The notes below the pieces were generated by a model. That model saw only the letters and a list, made by a program, of their open reading frames with translations. It ran no database searches and had not been told where the DNA came from. A program made the translations under genes and the position numbers. A stretch of 63,961 nucleotides of DNA, counting the filler, from Stramenopiles sp. TOSAG23-3 (Eukaryota), in the NCBI GenBank assembly GCA_900128585.1. It is 13 parts of 13 records of this genome, joined end to end, with 100 filler letters (N's around TTAATTAATTAA, not from the genome) between each part and the next. Parts side by side here need not be neighbours in the genome. Positions count along the whole stretch, not along the records: positions 36,375 to 43,529 come from LT643195.1; positions 43,630 to 50,781 come from LT643196.1; 11 more parts are not named here. The stretch is one strand, 5' to 3'. Every line of letters starts with the position of its first letter. Positions within the stretch are counted from its first letter, which is position 1. Of the stretch, positions 38,838 through 49,690 are shown piece by piece.

Positions 38838-39953
38838 TCAAGCGTTGCTCTTTTCGTCGTCGCCTGCTTTGTTTTCACCTTCGCCTGCGGTAGCTGCTGC
38901 TACCTTCTCCGTCGTCTTTCTAGTGCGTTGAATTTTCGATATTTTTCTTATGATTTTAATCCGTGCCTGGGCTTTCTTCCATCTTATTTTTGCCTGTATG
39001 TTTGTAATCCCGTCTTGCACGTGGCGACCAAGCTGGCCGGCTTTTCTGCCCAATGCTGCATTGCCGCTCGACCCGTCGGTAACGCCACTGACCCATGGGT
39101 GTTCCAACACTTGCAAAGCGGAGTACCTTTTCTCCACATTGACCTCCAGCAATTTTGAAATTAAATCCTTGGCACCCTCGGACACGTTGTCCCAGAACGG
39201 GGTCGGAAAGGTGTAATAGCCACTCCTAATGCAACGAAACAAATCTCCCATGTTGTTTTCCTCAGAGAAAAAGGGGGGGAATCCGCACAGCAAAATGTAC
39301 AGGATCACACCGACAGCCCACATGTCCACTTTCGTGGTGTATTGAGGGACGCTCGCGATAACTTCGGGCGCAACGTACGACGGGGTGCCACAGGCGCCCT
39401 CCGTCCTTCCTTTCAGAGCGGTTTCCTCGATGTACTTTGCCAGCCCAAAATCTGTCACTTTGATTACTTTCTTCTTGTCCGTTTCGTAAATAATATTCTC
39501 CGGCTTCAGGTCTCTGTGGATTATGTTGTGCTCGTGCATGTACTTGAGCGCCGACGTAAGCTGCCTGATAACATCTGCTGCTTCGTCTTCGCCGTACTTC
39601 TCTTTCTGAGATATCGCGTCAAAGAGTTCGCCCCCCGTGCACAGCTCCACCATTAGCACCAAGTGTTTGCTGCTATCAAACACCTCAAACAACCTGACGC
39701 AACCTTGGTGCTGGATTTTCTTCATTATGTCTACTTCGCTCTTAAGCATAGGCAAATCATCCGCGCTGCACGCAGCTTTGCTAATGACCTTCGCCGCAGT
39801 TGTCTCCGGGATGAGCTTGCGTTCTTCACTACTGGGATTTTTCTTTTTCGCCTCCCTGACTTCCGCAAACGTTCCTTTCCCAAGAACCCGTTTGTTCAAC
39901 GTCCAGTACTTGGAAACTTCCTCTTTACTCAAAACCCCATTAGCTTGGCCCAT
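38838..39953 (-). CDS. CaMK1-like calcium/calmodulin-dependent protein kinase
   Basis: LGKGTFAEV, GGELFD, HRDLKPEN, DFG, CGTPSYVAPE, LLCGFPPF; basic calmodulin-binding helix AKIRWKKAQARIKII; Gly at position 2 (possible myristoylation). Confidence 0.95.
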   Translation of the reverse strand: MGQANGVLSKEEVSKYWTLNKRVLGKGTFAEVREAKKKNPSSEERKLIPETTAAKVISKAACSADDLPMLKSEVDIMKKIQHQGCVRLFEVFDSSKHLVLMVELCTGGELFDAISQKEKYGEDEAADVIRQLTSALKYMHEHNIIHRDLKPENIIYETDKKKVIKVTDFGLAKYIEETALKGRTEGACGTPSYVAPEVIASVPQYTTKVDMWAVGVILYILLCGFPPFFSEENNMGDLFRCIRSGYYTFPTPFWDNVSEGAKDLISKLLEVNVEKRYSALQVLEHPWVSGVTDGSSGNAALGRKAGQLGRHVQDGITNIQAKIRWKKAQARIKIIRKISKIQRTRKTTEKVAAATAGEGENKAGDDEKSNA

Positions 39954-41286
39954 ATTGTAGTCGTTTGGCGGGTGTTTCTCGAAGCTCTACTTCGAAAAAT
40001 TCTCTCGCTTCGTTCAAATCGGAAATTTTTTTCCTTCGTGGTACTTTTCTGACGGACTGTCTTTAACAACGACTGAAGAAAAATCTATAAAATTTCGTCT
40101 GCTAGCTAATATTATTATTCATCATTTTATCATCATATCATCGGACAATCATCATCGCATTTTGTGGCAGTATAATGTAATACCATCCAAGGAGGTAAAA
40201 TATAATAAAAGTATTATTAATATTTATAGCTGACACACCAAGTACTTTTTTGTATAAATTAAATTAGAAGTCACTGCTAGAACGACTTTAATATATTAGA
40301 CCGATTATAAAAATACAACGTTTTTATTATACGAAGAGTAATAAAGGTTTCAATTTAAAATTTAGAGATCCTCGTAGTCTCCTCGTATAGACTAGTCCTA
40401 TATATAATTTAAACAATACAATCAAGCTTCTCACCTTCTTTTAAAACCAACGATTATAATAATATCAACACAGCATATATAACAATGCTGTGTTGTTTGT
40501 AGCCAACGGTACGAACAGAGAGAGAAAATCAATGCTGTGTTATTTTATTTTATGATAATAAATTACAATGAACACAGCATCAAATCACTAGAGAGATGGA
40601 AAAATGCATCGCTGCAAGTATCTTTGGCGCGGAATTGAAAAATGGCAAAGGACTTTGTGTTAACTATTTGATGCAAAGAGATCATTGTGAAAACCGAATT
40701 ATTTTTAAAAATTTAAAACGTCAAAAGTAGTTTGAGATAGCCAAAATTGTGCGCGGACGGTTCGTTTCTCTAAAATACACAAATGAATGAGTGTCTGATG
40801 GGGTGGCGTTTGGTCCAAATCGCCCATTTCACACAAAATTGTCCCTAGGAAGCGTAAATCCAAGTCATTCGAGGGCAAACAATTTACAAACGTTTGTTGA
40901 AGACCGTTCATGCAGTGGGGAACAATCATCTAGTCTAAACTTATGCGTTAACGCGTCCTCCTACCTTTTATTTGTCATTTTTTGCCCGAACGCTTTCATA
41001 CTTTGAAAATCGAGTCGGATTTTTATTCGCGCCAAGGACACTGAACACTTTATAGAACAGGTGAACAGTAGGGCATTTTACTTGAAGAAAAAAAATGCCG
41101 GTCGTGTCTTTATTTTTTTACGCCGTTGATCAAAATTACGTAGGAATAGCATTAGCATATTTTTTATAAAAATTTGGATGAAAATCTTTTGGTGTAATTG
41201 TTTTTGTAAGATTAATGTTTGGTTTGTTGAGGGGTGGTGGTTGGTTGCCACCCATTTTTTCAATTGATTCCTACAACTTGTTTGCT

Positions 41287-43161
41287 CTATGCGAGGACGT
41301 CGTCGTATTTCGACGGAGAAACTATCAAATTCGGTCGCAAGAAAATACCGCCTTCGGCGCTGCCCTCCCCACTGTTACCACTACTACTACGAGAAAAATC
41401 CGTGCTACCGTCCTCGTTTTCGTCGTCCACGGACCCGTAGCTTTGCTGAGACATTTGGACGGGGGCAAAGTGGGACGTGTCTTGACTGTACGAACAGACT
41501 GGAGACGGTGCCTTTCGCTTTGAGCACCACTTTCGGAACGCCACGGACGCTTTCGGGGCCAACGCACGGTTGCGGCAGTACACACGCATCGTTTTGTCCA
41601 CGAAACGCTGGGGCAGGATACTCTGGTACTTTTCGGACGAGACAGTCGCGGCGCACGAGGTGTTTTTCTTGAAAAAGTAGACTTCATCGACGGGGTTGCT
41701 GCCATCTTTCTTTCCGTGATGAATGGTTGTCAGGTCCAAAAGTAGGGAATCGGCGGAGATCCCCGAATTACCAGCGATTTCCGATACGATGTCCTTGACC
41801 GCCTGGTCTTCCTGACCGATCTTTTTGGCGCGGGCCAAGCGCTCCTCCAACCCGACGGGGAGGGGAACGGACCCGAGGTTAATGTACAAATCCCGGCGCT
41901 CGATCCGGCCCAGTATCACCTTTGCTTCGTCCAGGCCCTCGTCGTTGCTGTTCCATATTAAATCTAAAATTGAATCGTTCAGACGCGAGTACAGCTCCGG
42001 GTCGTCCAGGGAGTCCAGTATCCGTTTCCTTCCGCGCAAGTAAATATGGTCGTGCGCTTTTTCCAGCGCGTCGCAGAGCATGTATTCGATCGACTTAACA
42101 ACCCGGTGCTGGTACACCTTTCGGTGGAGCTGGAAACGAACGTGGAACGCATCGTAGACGCTTTCGTAGTACTTTTCAGGGAAACAAAGTCTGCTAACCC
42201 CATCAGAACACCGCATCACCATTGCCGTGTCAAGAAGCTCGTCGAAAGTGTCGTTGGCCTTTATCCCTGCGCCGCGGCAGTCCCTCTGGTAGTAGTCCAG
42301 CTTGTCCACGTCCAGCCCGCTCTCCGTGTTGTTTATGATGAAGTACAGAAACCGTGGTCTCTCCCACGCGTCGTGCTTGTCTCTTTTGGCACACTCCTCC
42401 TTGTCAACCCCAACGATACACTCCTTGACGAACTCCAGGTCTCTTTCCTCGTCCATCCCGTAGTCTTTCAAATTTATGTTGTTTGACTCGAGCATGTAGC
42501 TCATCAAGTCGCAGCCGGCCTGCTCGTGCGTCCACTTGGTTCCCGGGGGAGCGATCTTCTTCAACAAGACATTGTCAAAAACATGGCTGAAGGGGCCATG
42601 CCCTAGGTCGTGGAGAAGACCCGCCAGCTGAACGCAGTGAACGTCATTCTGCGTCACAGAAAACGCCCCCTGGCCCCTTCCCTCTGCCACGGCCGAGGCC
42701 CGCAGGCCAGGCTGACGGTCCAGGATCCCTTTCAACAGGCTGCCCGCGAGGTGCGCGACGCCCAACGAATGTTCGAACCGGTTGTGGCATGCCCCGGGGT
42801 AAACGTAGTAGCACATTCCGAGCTGTTTCAACTTTCTCAGTCTTTGGAATTGTGGGGTGTCGATGAACGCCACGGCAACGCCTGGGAGAGTAATTCGCCC
42901 GTGAATGTTGTCATTCATGACCTTTTCGGTCCGCACCCGGTGCGCGAACTGCGGCGCATCTGCGGCATCCGCTACGGAGGACCGGCGAGAAGTCCACTGC
43001 TTCGGGGGCGACATCGTTCCCTGCGACTGCGACGACGGGTCCGTCTTCTGCTTTTTGGAAGCAACGGCTGCTTCAATTTGAGACAATTTCGTGTTTTCAA
43101 TCTGGCGTTTGAGCACGTTCCCTCTGTTCTTAAAGAACCCGGTCAGTTTTTGCTGTGACAT
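41287..43161 (-). CDS. SAMHD1: SAMHD1-like HD-domain dNTP triphosphohydrolase lacking a SAM domain, with an N-terminal PIP box
   Basis: FIDTPQFQRLRKLKQLG, HNRFEHSLGV, LLHDLGHGPFSH, LDVDKLDY, VYQHR. The first in-frame ATG (43161) gives MSQQKLTGFF. Confidence 0.93.
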   Translation of the reverse strand: MSQQKLTGFFKNRGNVLKRQIENTKLSQIEAAVASKKQKTDPSSQSQGTMSPPKQWTSRRSSVADAADAPQFAHRVRTEKVMNDNIHGRITLPGVAVAFIDTPQFQRLRKLKQLGMCYYVYPGACHNRFEHSLGVAHLAGSLLKGILDRQPGLRASAVAEGRGQGAFSVTQNDVHCVQLAGLLHDLGHGPFSHVFDNVLLKKIAPPGTKWTHEQAGCDLMSYMLESNNINLKDYGMDEERDLEFVKECIVGVDKEECAKRDKHDAWERPRFLYFIINNTESGLDVDKLDYYQRDCRGAGIKANDTFDELLDTAMVMRCSDGVSRLCFPEKYYESVYDAFHVRFQLHRKVYQHRVVKSIEYMLCDALEKAHDHIYLRGRKRILDSLDDPELYSRLNDSILDLIWNSNDEGLDEAKVILGRIERRDLYINLGSVPLPVGLEERLARAKKIGQEDQAVKDIVSEIAGNSGISADSLLLDLTTIHHGKKDGSNPVDEVYFFKKNTSCAATVSSEKYQSILPQRFVDKTMRVYCRNRALAPKASVAFRKWCSKRKAPSPVCSYSQDTSHFAPVQMSQQSYGSVDDENEDGSTDFSRSSSGNSGEGSAEGGIFLRPNLIVSPSKYDDVLA

Positions 43162-43450
43162 GATGCGAGGCGGCGGCGGGGGAAGGGGTTGGTAACGTCG
43201 TTTAGTTGGCTTTCTTCGTGCGTTCGAGTTCACTGTAATTCGGTGGGCAAATGATCGTATGAATGAACAAAAAAATTATACTGTTTCAATTATAATGAAA
43301 AGATACGTGTATATATGGATTTTCTTTCCAAGTTTTCATTTTACATAGTGTCATATATACTAGTATATACTTTAAATGATCTATTACATTTGCGTTTGTA
43401 GTAGTTCCTTTTGTTGTTGTTAATATGTTACCAGGTAATAGTCTATGAAG

Positions 43451-43529
43451 AGAAGAGACACAAGAAGAGAAAAAATGAGAATAGTTTGTGGATGGTGGAT
43501 TGTTTCTTTTATTCTGAAGAATTAATTAC
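43451..43529 (-). repeat. Right 79-bp terminal inverted repeat of contig 36375-43529
   Basis: Exact reverse complement of 36375-36453. Confidence 0.95.
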
Positions 43530-43631
43530 NNNNNNNNNNNNNNNNNNNNNNNNNNNNNNNNNNNNNNNNNNNNTTAATTAATTAANNNNNNNNNNNNNNN
43601 NNNNNNNNNNNNNNNNNNNNNNNNNNNNNAA

Positions 43632-46600
43632 ATATTTGAAGATCCTTATCTAAATACAAGACAGGAACACGAAATCTGGTTCATATTTGATGGCAGAATA
43701 GAGGCGCCCGTGCTGGAAATACTCCGACCATTGCTGGATGAAAAATGGGAATACATTACACCGAAAGGTGTAGTGAAGGCCATCAAACCGTCACTGTTGC
43801 CTAAACTTATCGTGGAAACCACGTCGATGGAAAACTTGTCACCGGTGTCAGCAGCGAAGTTTGCAGTAGTGAATTTTACTCACAAAGATACATTGTGCAG
43901 TGAAATCTTAGAAGACTGGTATGAGAAGCTTAAAGTTTCAATAGAATGCAAGCACAAATCGCATCGACGGACCAATCTTCTCACGTTGTTGGAATCGATA
44001 AAGGACTTGTTTTCGGAATTTCCACACGTGAAAAATTTGCACGCAAAATTTGGGACCCACGGCTTGCCGTGCACGGTCTCCCTGTTCAATTGTTTGAACA
44101 TAATCAATACTATTTGGGGCATTTCATCACATGAATTCATCGATAGTGTCACAGAAGGGGCGGCATCTACGTTTTACTTCACGTCTCTAGTATGGGGGAT
44201 CGGGGCCGCCTCAGAAGCTTCCAAGCATGGTGCATTCAACAGAAGAATTTCAGATATAGCGTCAGAACTGAATTTTGACGAGTTGGACGCGTTCAACGAA
44301 GTTTACTTTGATGATGAAGAATTTGATGTCTTTTCTGTTGACTTGCTCTTTCCCACAACGCCAAAGACAAACCAAATAGAACGACCTAAAGGAAAGAGTT
44401 CTAGAAAAGATATTGTTCTTATCTTTGATAAGATGAAGCAAAACACATTGCTGCTAACTTCGCTCATGGCGAAGGCTGGCAACCATTTTCACTTTTCTGG
44501 GACCAATCAGTATGAAAAACGAGAATTCATAGGAGCCTTTTGCCTTCACGCTCAAAATTCACACGTGCAAAAGTTCAAAGTTGCTCACCTGACGCTATCA
44601 GAACGCCTTGATTTAGAAGATACTGTAGTGCACAACTTTAGCCGCCATAGTGATGTACATTTGAGTGGTTTTCAAGACAAAAGCGTAATGTTGGTAATTG
44701 AAGATTTTGCTGTAAACGATGATGAGCCACGAGAAGTTTTACGGGCTTTGTTGAATAAGGAAGGATTCTACGACCGCGATACTTTGCTTTTTAATACGGT
44801 CGATAATTTTTCTGTTGTACTGTCCTTGGAGTCGACTCAACAAGCAAATGATGCGCTTCCTTTTCGCGCTAGGTTGCTAAAACATTTCCAAACGTTTGAT
44901 ATTCGCAATTTGACCGACACGGAACTAAGTGCTTTGTTTCAACAGCAAATTCGCACGGAAATGATCTCTAAATCATTTAATTCGGACCTATTGATGTATA
45001 TGGACGAAATAATGGATGCAACATGTAAATTTCACAGGAATTTCGTTGAGTCAGTCTCGCCTGACTTTGAGACTTGCTTGGACTTTTCGCTGTTGCTTCG
45101 GCGTGGGCTGTCTAATTCACGACGTTTGGCTATAGTTAATCAGCGCAAAACGTCATCAAATTGCACCATGCCCTCTTTTCTATACAAATGGTGGCTTGGG
45201 TTAGCACAAATATACGGTGGCATAAATGGCATCGACGCAAAGGAATATACGCTGTGTATAGCGCCGTCTTTCGAGTTTATTAAACAAGCCAAAGTAATGA
45301 ACAGCCCTGCCGCACAAGAGTCGCAGAATCTACAAGCTGATTACGATTCCAGAATCGAATTTGGTCAGTTGTTTTTGGAGGCAGGGCACGAACGATCATT
45401 TATATCTGTGTCACCCTACGTGGTGTCTATCTCAAAAACGCTATTGCATCATTCGGAGTTGGTTGCAATAGCAACAGAAAAGCATGATGTTTTACTTTTA
45501 TGCGACGAGCAAACCGCTAGTTTTGAATTTCTTGTAGAAATGGCATGTATGTCTGTTGATGAGATGAAAATCCACACAGCACACCTTGGGCCGTTGGAGG
45601 ACGCAAAGAATACAGATATAGTCATGCAGAATCTAGCAAATGCTATTATTGATGCTAATAGTGATGATGTTGACACTGTTGTCATGTCAGTTGTTAATGT
45701 TCATTTTATTGACGATCGGCTTTTGCTGCAAATATACAAAGCAAGGCACGGGCTGGAAAATCCTAATATTTTCAGTCCTGTCCTGATTGCTTACATCGGG
45801 GAGGCAATCGGTGAGGACTTTGATTCAATCGACGATTTTCGCGAGGTTCAAACGAACGCTTTTAAAAAAATGATCCTAGTCGTGCAGGTCCCATTTGCGG
45901 AAAGGTGTAGACTTTCTATGTGGACACACTGTAAAATATTCAACCTTTTTCATTTAATTCGCATTCCTAGATTAAAGCAGGGAGAGAAACGCGAAATTGT
46001 AGTTTCTATTTTGGAATATCGAATTGGTGACGGCATGCCCCTTCAACGCTTACGAAAATTATCGGAGACGTTTGTTCAGTTAGATGGGGAAATGGCCAAC
46101 TTTCAGAAAGATAACTTAATCACCTTGCTGGAGAGCGTCGATGCTTTCTGTGTGCAATACAACAATGCAAAGGCTCGCACTGATATGGAAGCCCAGGGCA
46201 TAAATGCAGGGATGCGTCAATTGATGCTTGCCAAAAGCACAGAGAATAGTATCACTTTAGAAACAAATACGAATAAACAAAATATCGAAGAGTCACATGA
46301 AGCAATCTCGAATTTGGAGGAAGCAATTCAGCAATGCAGAACGGAACTTGCCCAGAAAGAACCGGGATTAATAATTCAGCGGGAGGTATTCAAAACCTTG
46401 CAACACGCTTATGTAACGGAAGTACAAATGATCGACGACGCCTTATTTCAAGCAACTCTAAAAGTGCAGGAATCAAAAGAAAAAATTCGGCGCATCGCTA
46501 AAGCAGACTTAGCCCGCATTGGTCTCAAAACCAACCCCACAAGTTCAGAAATGCTTTGCATGACTGCCGTAATGTTGATTTTACATGAAAAAAAACCAAA

Positions 46601-49154
46601 CCAATGGGAACATGCGTCGGCTGTGCTCCAAGATCCTCGGTTTCAAAGTAGACTCCTCCGCTTAAACCACTCCGATAGAAACGTCAACGCCTTGAAGCAT
46701 ATCAAGAAATTCTTAAGTCAGTTAGACACCGATGCAGACCTGGATGAAAACTTGGAGTGCTTAGTTTCCCACGTTCGAGTCATCATCGAGTTCATCGACA
46801 CCAAAAAAGAGCACCAACCACTTATAATGAAAAAGGAAATGCTCCGGCGGGAATTAGATGCACAGTCAGATCTCATTGAAAGCGGCGTCAGGGTGATAGA
46901 AAAAATTAAAGAAGATTTAGAAACAAACACGGCCAACATTGTATCTTTCCGGGAAAATCTGGTCAAATTGGAAGAGAAATCTACCCACTTGCGAAAAAAG
47001 TATGCATGGTGCCTCAAGGCTGTGAAATGGTTGCAGGGCAAAGAATCCGCATGGAAGGATAAGCTGAACCATTTGCACACAGTAGAAATCCCCTCAATTC
47101 TTCCTTCCTCTTTCATTTCATTTGGGTGTTTAGCATACGCGTGTGCCATGAACCCAGACGAGAAAGCTCAACTAAAACTCATTGTGACATCAATTTGCGA
47201 TTCTGCGAACACAGAGACAATCGACATGCCGCTAGAAGACGTTGAGTTTGGTGGAATGACTGATATCGAAATGCATGACATGCAGGCGGCCGGCATGCCG
47301 CTCTATTTTACTAGCAGCGCGGCTGCTATCGATATGTTGCATATGCACGCAGTCACGGTTTTCTTAGACCCGCAAAACTTCGCTTTGCTGTACATACATT
47401 CCATAGTTGGAGTAGGAAATGTTATTCGGACGTTTGCAAACGACAAAGCGTTGCTATCAAAACTAGAAGCTGCTACCTCGGGCGGGAGCATCATAGTCAT
47501 TGATTGCGAGCAGGGTCAAAGCCTTCCTTCCGATGTGTGGTCTTTGATCTGTTGCAACTCCTACCATGGTTTGGGCAACACTTTTGTACTTATTGACAAT
47601 AAAAAAGTTAACGTCAGCCCGGGTTTTCGAGTATTCATTAGGTTTTATAAAATACCAGAGTGGTATAAAATATGTTGTCACCAAACCATATTGATAGACT
47701 TTTCCCCTCGGGGACAGCGTTCAACGTTCGATTCAGAACGCCAAGATCTACTCATTTCGATAACGCAGGATATATTAGAGAAGAAAAAAATAGAAGACAG
47801 GATCCTATCCATGTTGGCAGGTTCTAATTTATCCGCACTGTGTGAAAACGAAACATTTATTAAGCATATCGAGCACAGCATGTCCACCGAACTAATGCTT
47901 CACGAACGCCTTAGAACAGCACAAGCACAGTTGGGAATTATACATGAAAATGATGTGCAAGTAAATATGGCAGCTCAAAAGGATGATGCGATCCAAGTGC
48001 ACACTCGGCATGAATACAGCAATGCACTCAGCCTTTCCAAAAAACTTCTCCACTTGCCGCGAACGGATAAGAAAGCACTGGGCATTTATGTCAGTGTTTG
48101 GAAAGAGGAGTACGCTTGTACTGAAGATCAAATTGTCGCATGGGTGTTCAGGAATTTTAATTCACAAGAAGAAATAATTTGTGCTTTGAACGACGACGTG
48201 TTAGGTTTTAGGACTTTAGAGGACACATTAAGGAATGAAAGTAATTTTCATCTGTCAATTCCAAGACACGTCCAGTACTCCGAGAAGGCAATATACATTG
48301 AAACCATAGATCATTTTTTTCGCTCCTTTCAACTAGGGTACCCTACCCCAGAGAATTTTAAATGCTTCGGGCACGAAAGAGTGGAGAAGGAGTTGGACGT
48401 TCAAACTCTGATTGATAAATTTTCGTCCGCGAAGGTTCGTACCAAGAGGAAACTGAGGACACGGGCATCTTTGAAAGATGAATTACGACGGGCCATTCAG
48501 ACTGGCAAACCGTCATTGGATCACGCAGTAGGTCCGGTACGGCGTGAGATGGTTGAACCGACAGAAACCGTGGATGCTCAAATAGTGATAGATGAAAGAG
48601 ATCTAAAGTTTTTCCCGGAACTACAAGAATTGCCCGGAATGATAAATGCTAAAAAAGCGGTTGCATTTTCAGTCATAAAATCATTTTTTTCCTGCAACAC
48701 AGTCCGCGACAAACACACAAGGAAACGTGAAGAGTATCGTGTTTGGAACGTCATTGTTCACCTAATGCACTGGAACATATTGACTTCTGAAGATGTTCCA
48801 ATTGCTATGCGCCAAATTCAAACTGAACAAGTGCTGGGTTGCGTGTGCTCTTTGTTGCGTACATATTTTGTTGCCAGCAAAGCACCAATTAATATGCGTA
48901 TATTTCTTATGTTTTGGGCTCGATGGTATTCAGGAACAGAACTATTTCATAATTACTTATGCACAAAAGTCAACACACTGCTAAGCGATATTGGCATGAA
49001 AGAGAACGGAGATTTAACTCAGTTGAAAAAAGGCGTGATCATGGCGAAACTCCACGACGAATTATTCTCTGTGATACTGCAAGGTGCAGACGATAGCGAG
49101 AACGACCAGACATACGCCTGGTTGAACAATCTGAAGAATGGATATGAGCTGTAG
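43632..49154 (+). CDS. Highly divergent dynein heavy chain-like protein (end of AAA2 through AAA5, with stalk); 5'-partial
   Basis: Degenerate dynein motifs in the right order: WFIFDG..E...LRPLLDE, LIVETTSMENLSP, PREVLRALLNKEGFYDR, coiled-coil stalk with MTBD-like NP....CMTAVMLIL...W, FLDPQNFA, IDNKKVNVSPGFRVFI. Confidence 0.8.
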   Translation: MFEDPYLNTRQEHEIWFIFDGRIEAPVLEILRPLLDEKWEYITPKGVVKAIKPSLLPKLIVETTSMENLSPVSAAKFAVVNFTHKDTLCSEILEDWYEKLKVSIECKHKSHRRTNLLTLLESIKDLFSEFPHVKNLHAKFGTHGLPCTVSLFNCLNIINTIWGISSHEFIDSVTEGAASTFYFTSLVWGIGAASEASKHGAFNRRISDIASELNFDELDAFNEVYFDDEEFDVFSVDLLFPTTPKTNQIERPKGKSSRKDIVLIFDKMKQNTLLLTSLMAKAGNHFHFSGTNQYEKREFIGAFCLHAQNSHVQKFKVAHLTLSERLDLEDTVVHNFSRHSDVHLSGFQDKSVMLVIEDFAVNDDEPREVLRALLNKEGFYDRDTLLFNTVDNFSVVLSLESTQQANDALPFRARLLKHFQTFDIRNLTDTELSALFQQQIRTEMISKSFNSDLLMYMDEIMDATCKFHRNFVESVSPDFETCLDFSLLLRRGLSNSRRLAIVNQRKTSSNCTMPSFLYKWWLGLAQIYGGINGIDAKEYTLCIAPSFEFIKQAKVMNSPAAQESQNLQADYDSRIEFGQLFLEAGHERSFISVSPYVVSISKTLLHHSELVAIATEKHDVLLLCDEQTASFEFLVEMACMSVDEMKIHTAHLGPLEDAKNTDIVMQNLANAIIDANSDDVDTVVMSVVNVHFIDDRLLLQIYKARHGLENPNIFSPVLIAYIGEAIGEDFDSIDDFREVQTNAFKKMILVVQVPFAERCRLSMWTHCKIFNLFHLIRIPRLKQGEKREIVVSILEYRIGDGMPLQRLRKLSETFVQLDGEMANFQKDNLITLLESVDAFCVQYNNAKARTDMEAQGINAGMRQLMLAKSTENSITLETNTNKQNIEESHEAISNLEEAIQQCRTELAQKEPGLIIQREVFKTLQHAYVTEVQMIDDALFQATLKVQESKEKIRRIAKADLARIGLKTNPTSSEMLCMTAVMLILHEKKPNQWEHASAVLQDPRFQSRLLRLNHSDRNVNALKHIKKFLSQLDTDADLDENLECLVSHVRVIIEFIDTKKEHQPLIMKKEMLRRELDAQSDLIESGVRVIEKIKEDLETNTANIVSFRENLVKLEEKSTHLRKKYAWCLKAVKWLQGKESAWKDKLNHLHTVEIPSILPSSFISFGCLAYACAMNPDEKAQLKLIVTSICDSANTETIDMPLEDVEFGGMTDIEMHDMQAAGMPLYFTSSAAAIDMLHMHAVTVFLDPQNFALLYIHSIVGVGNVIRTFANDKALLSKLEAATSGGSIIVIDCEQGQSLPSDVWSLICCNSYHGLGNTFVLIDNKKVNVSPGFRVFIRFYKIPEWYKICCHQTILIDFSPRGQRSTFDSERQDLLISITQDILEKKKIEDRILSMLAGSNLSALCENETFIKHIEHSMSTELMLHERLRTAQAQLGIIHENDVQVNMAAQKDDAIQVHTRHEYSNALSLSKKLLHLPRTDKKALGIYVSVWKEEYACTEDQIVAWVFRNFNSQEEIICALNDDVLGFRTLEDTLRNESNFHLSIPRHVQYSEKAIYIETIDHFFRSFQLGYPTPENFKCFGHERVEKELDVQTLIDKFSSAKVRTKRKLRTRASLKDELRRAIQTGKPSLDHAVGPVRREMVEPTETVDAQIVIDERDLKFFPELQELPGMINAKKAVAFSVIKSFFSCNTVRDKHTRKREEYRVWNVIVHLMHWNILTSEDVPIAMRQIQTEQVLGCVCSLLRTYFVASKAPINMRIFLMFWARWYSGTELFHNYLCTKVNTLLSDIGMKENGDLTQLKKGVIMAKLHDELFSVILQGADDSENDQTYAWLNNLKNGYEL

Positions 49155-49340
49155 TGCGAACTTTGAAATTTTAATTATCTTAAGAACGTTTTAGTCTTAA
49201 ACCTTAAATATTTAGAAAAAGAGTATTTCTGTTAAATGTATGATCCATCTAATAAATTGTAAAAAAGAAAACTATTTAGGAGATTGTTGTACCGACCCCC
49301 TCCCGACAACTCAACCCACGAACGGCAATTAATTGACTGG

Positions 49341-49690
49341 TTTACAAGACAGAAAACGATCACCTCTAAAACATTCGCGCCGCTGCTTGGAAAACCACAC
49401 ATGAATTGTTTCATCTATGAGTGAGGCATCGGATGAGAAAGTTGACTACAGGTCATTTGACATCGTCGAACATTCAGACACCGTATCGGGTCATGAATGC
49501 AGTACATCAGGAAATGATAGTCAAGACTAAGTGACAAGGGTATATTGTTTAGTAAAATCACAGGAGCAGAGATAAGTTCGCAGTACAGTGAAGGATCGTA
49601 AACCTTAAATGGACAAACGGGAGCAGATTCATTTTCGCGGTACACGAGGAAGGTAAATTTTAAATACTTGAATAACAGCCAAGTTTTTGT
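49341..49690 (+). mobile_element. Dispersed repeat family, uninterrupted copy of about 350 bp
   Basis: Colinear with 31419-31625 plus 31888-32028; ends in taaattttaaatacttgaataacagccaagtttttgt. Confidence 0.85.

Noticed and set aside
40590..41050. Moderately GC-rich stretch between the CaMK and SAMHD1-like genes, checked as a possible transposase remnant
   Set aside because: The frames I translated contain several stops and I recognise no motif, so it cannot be assigned.
49281..49345. LLYRPPPDNS resembling the YRPP motif of non-LTR APE endonucleases
   Set aside because: A four-residue match with no supporting motifs is too weak to call.
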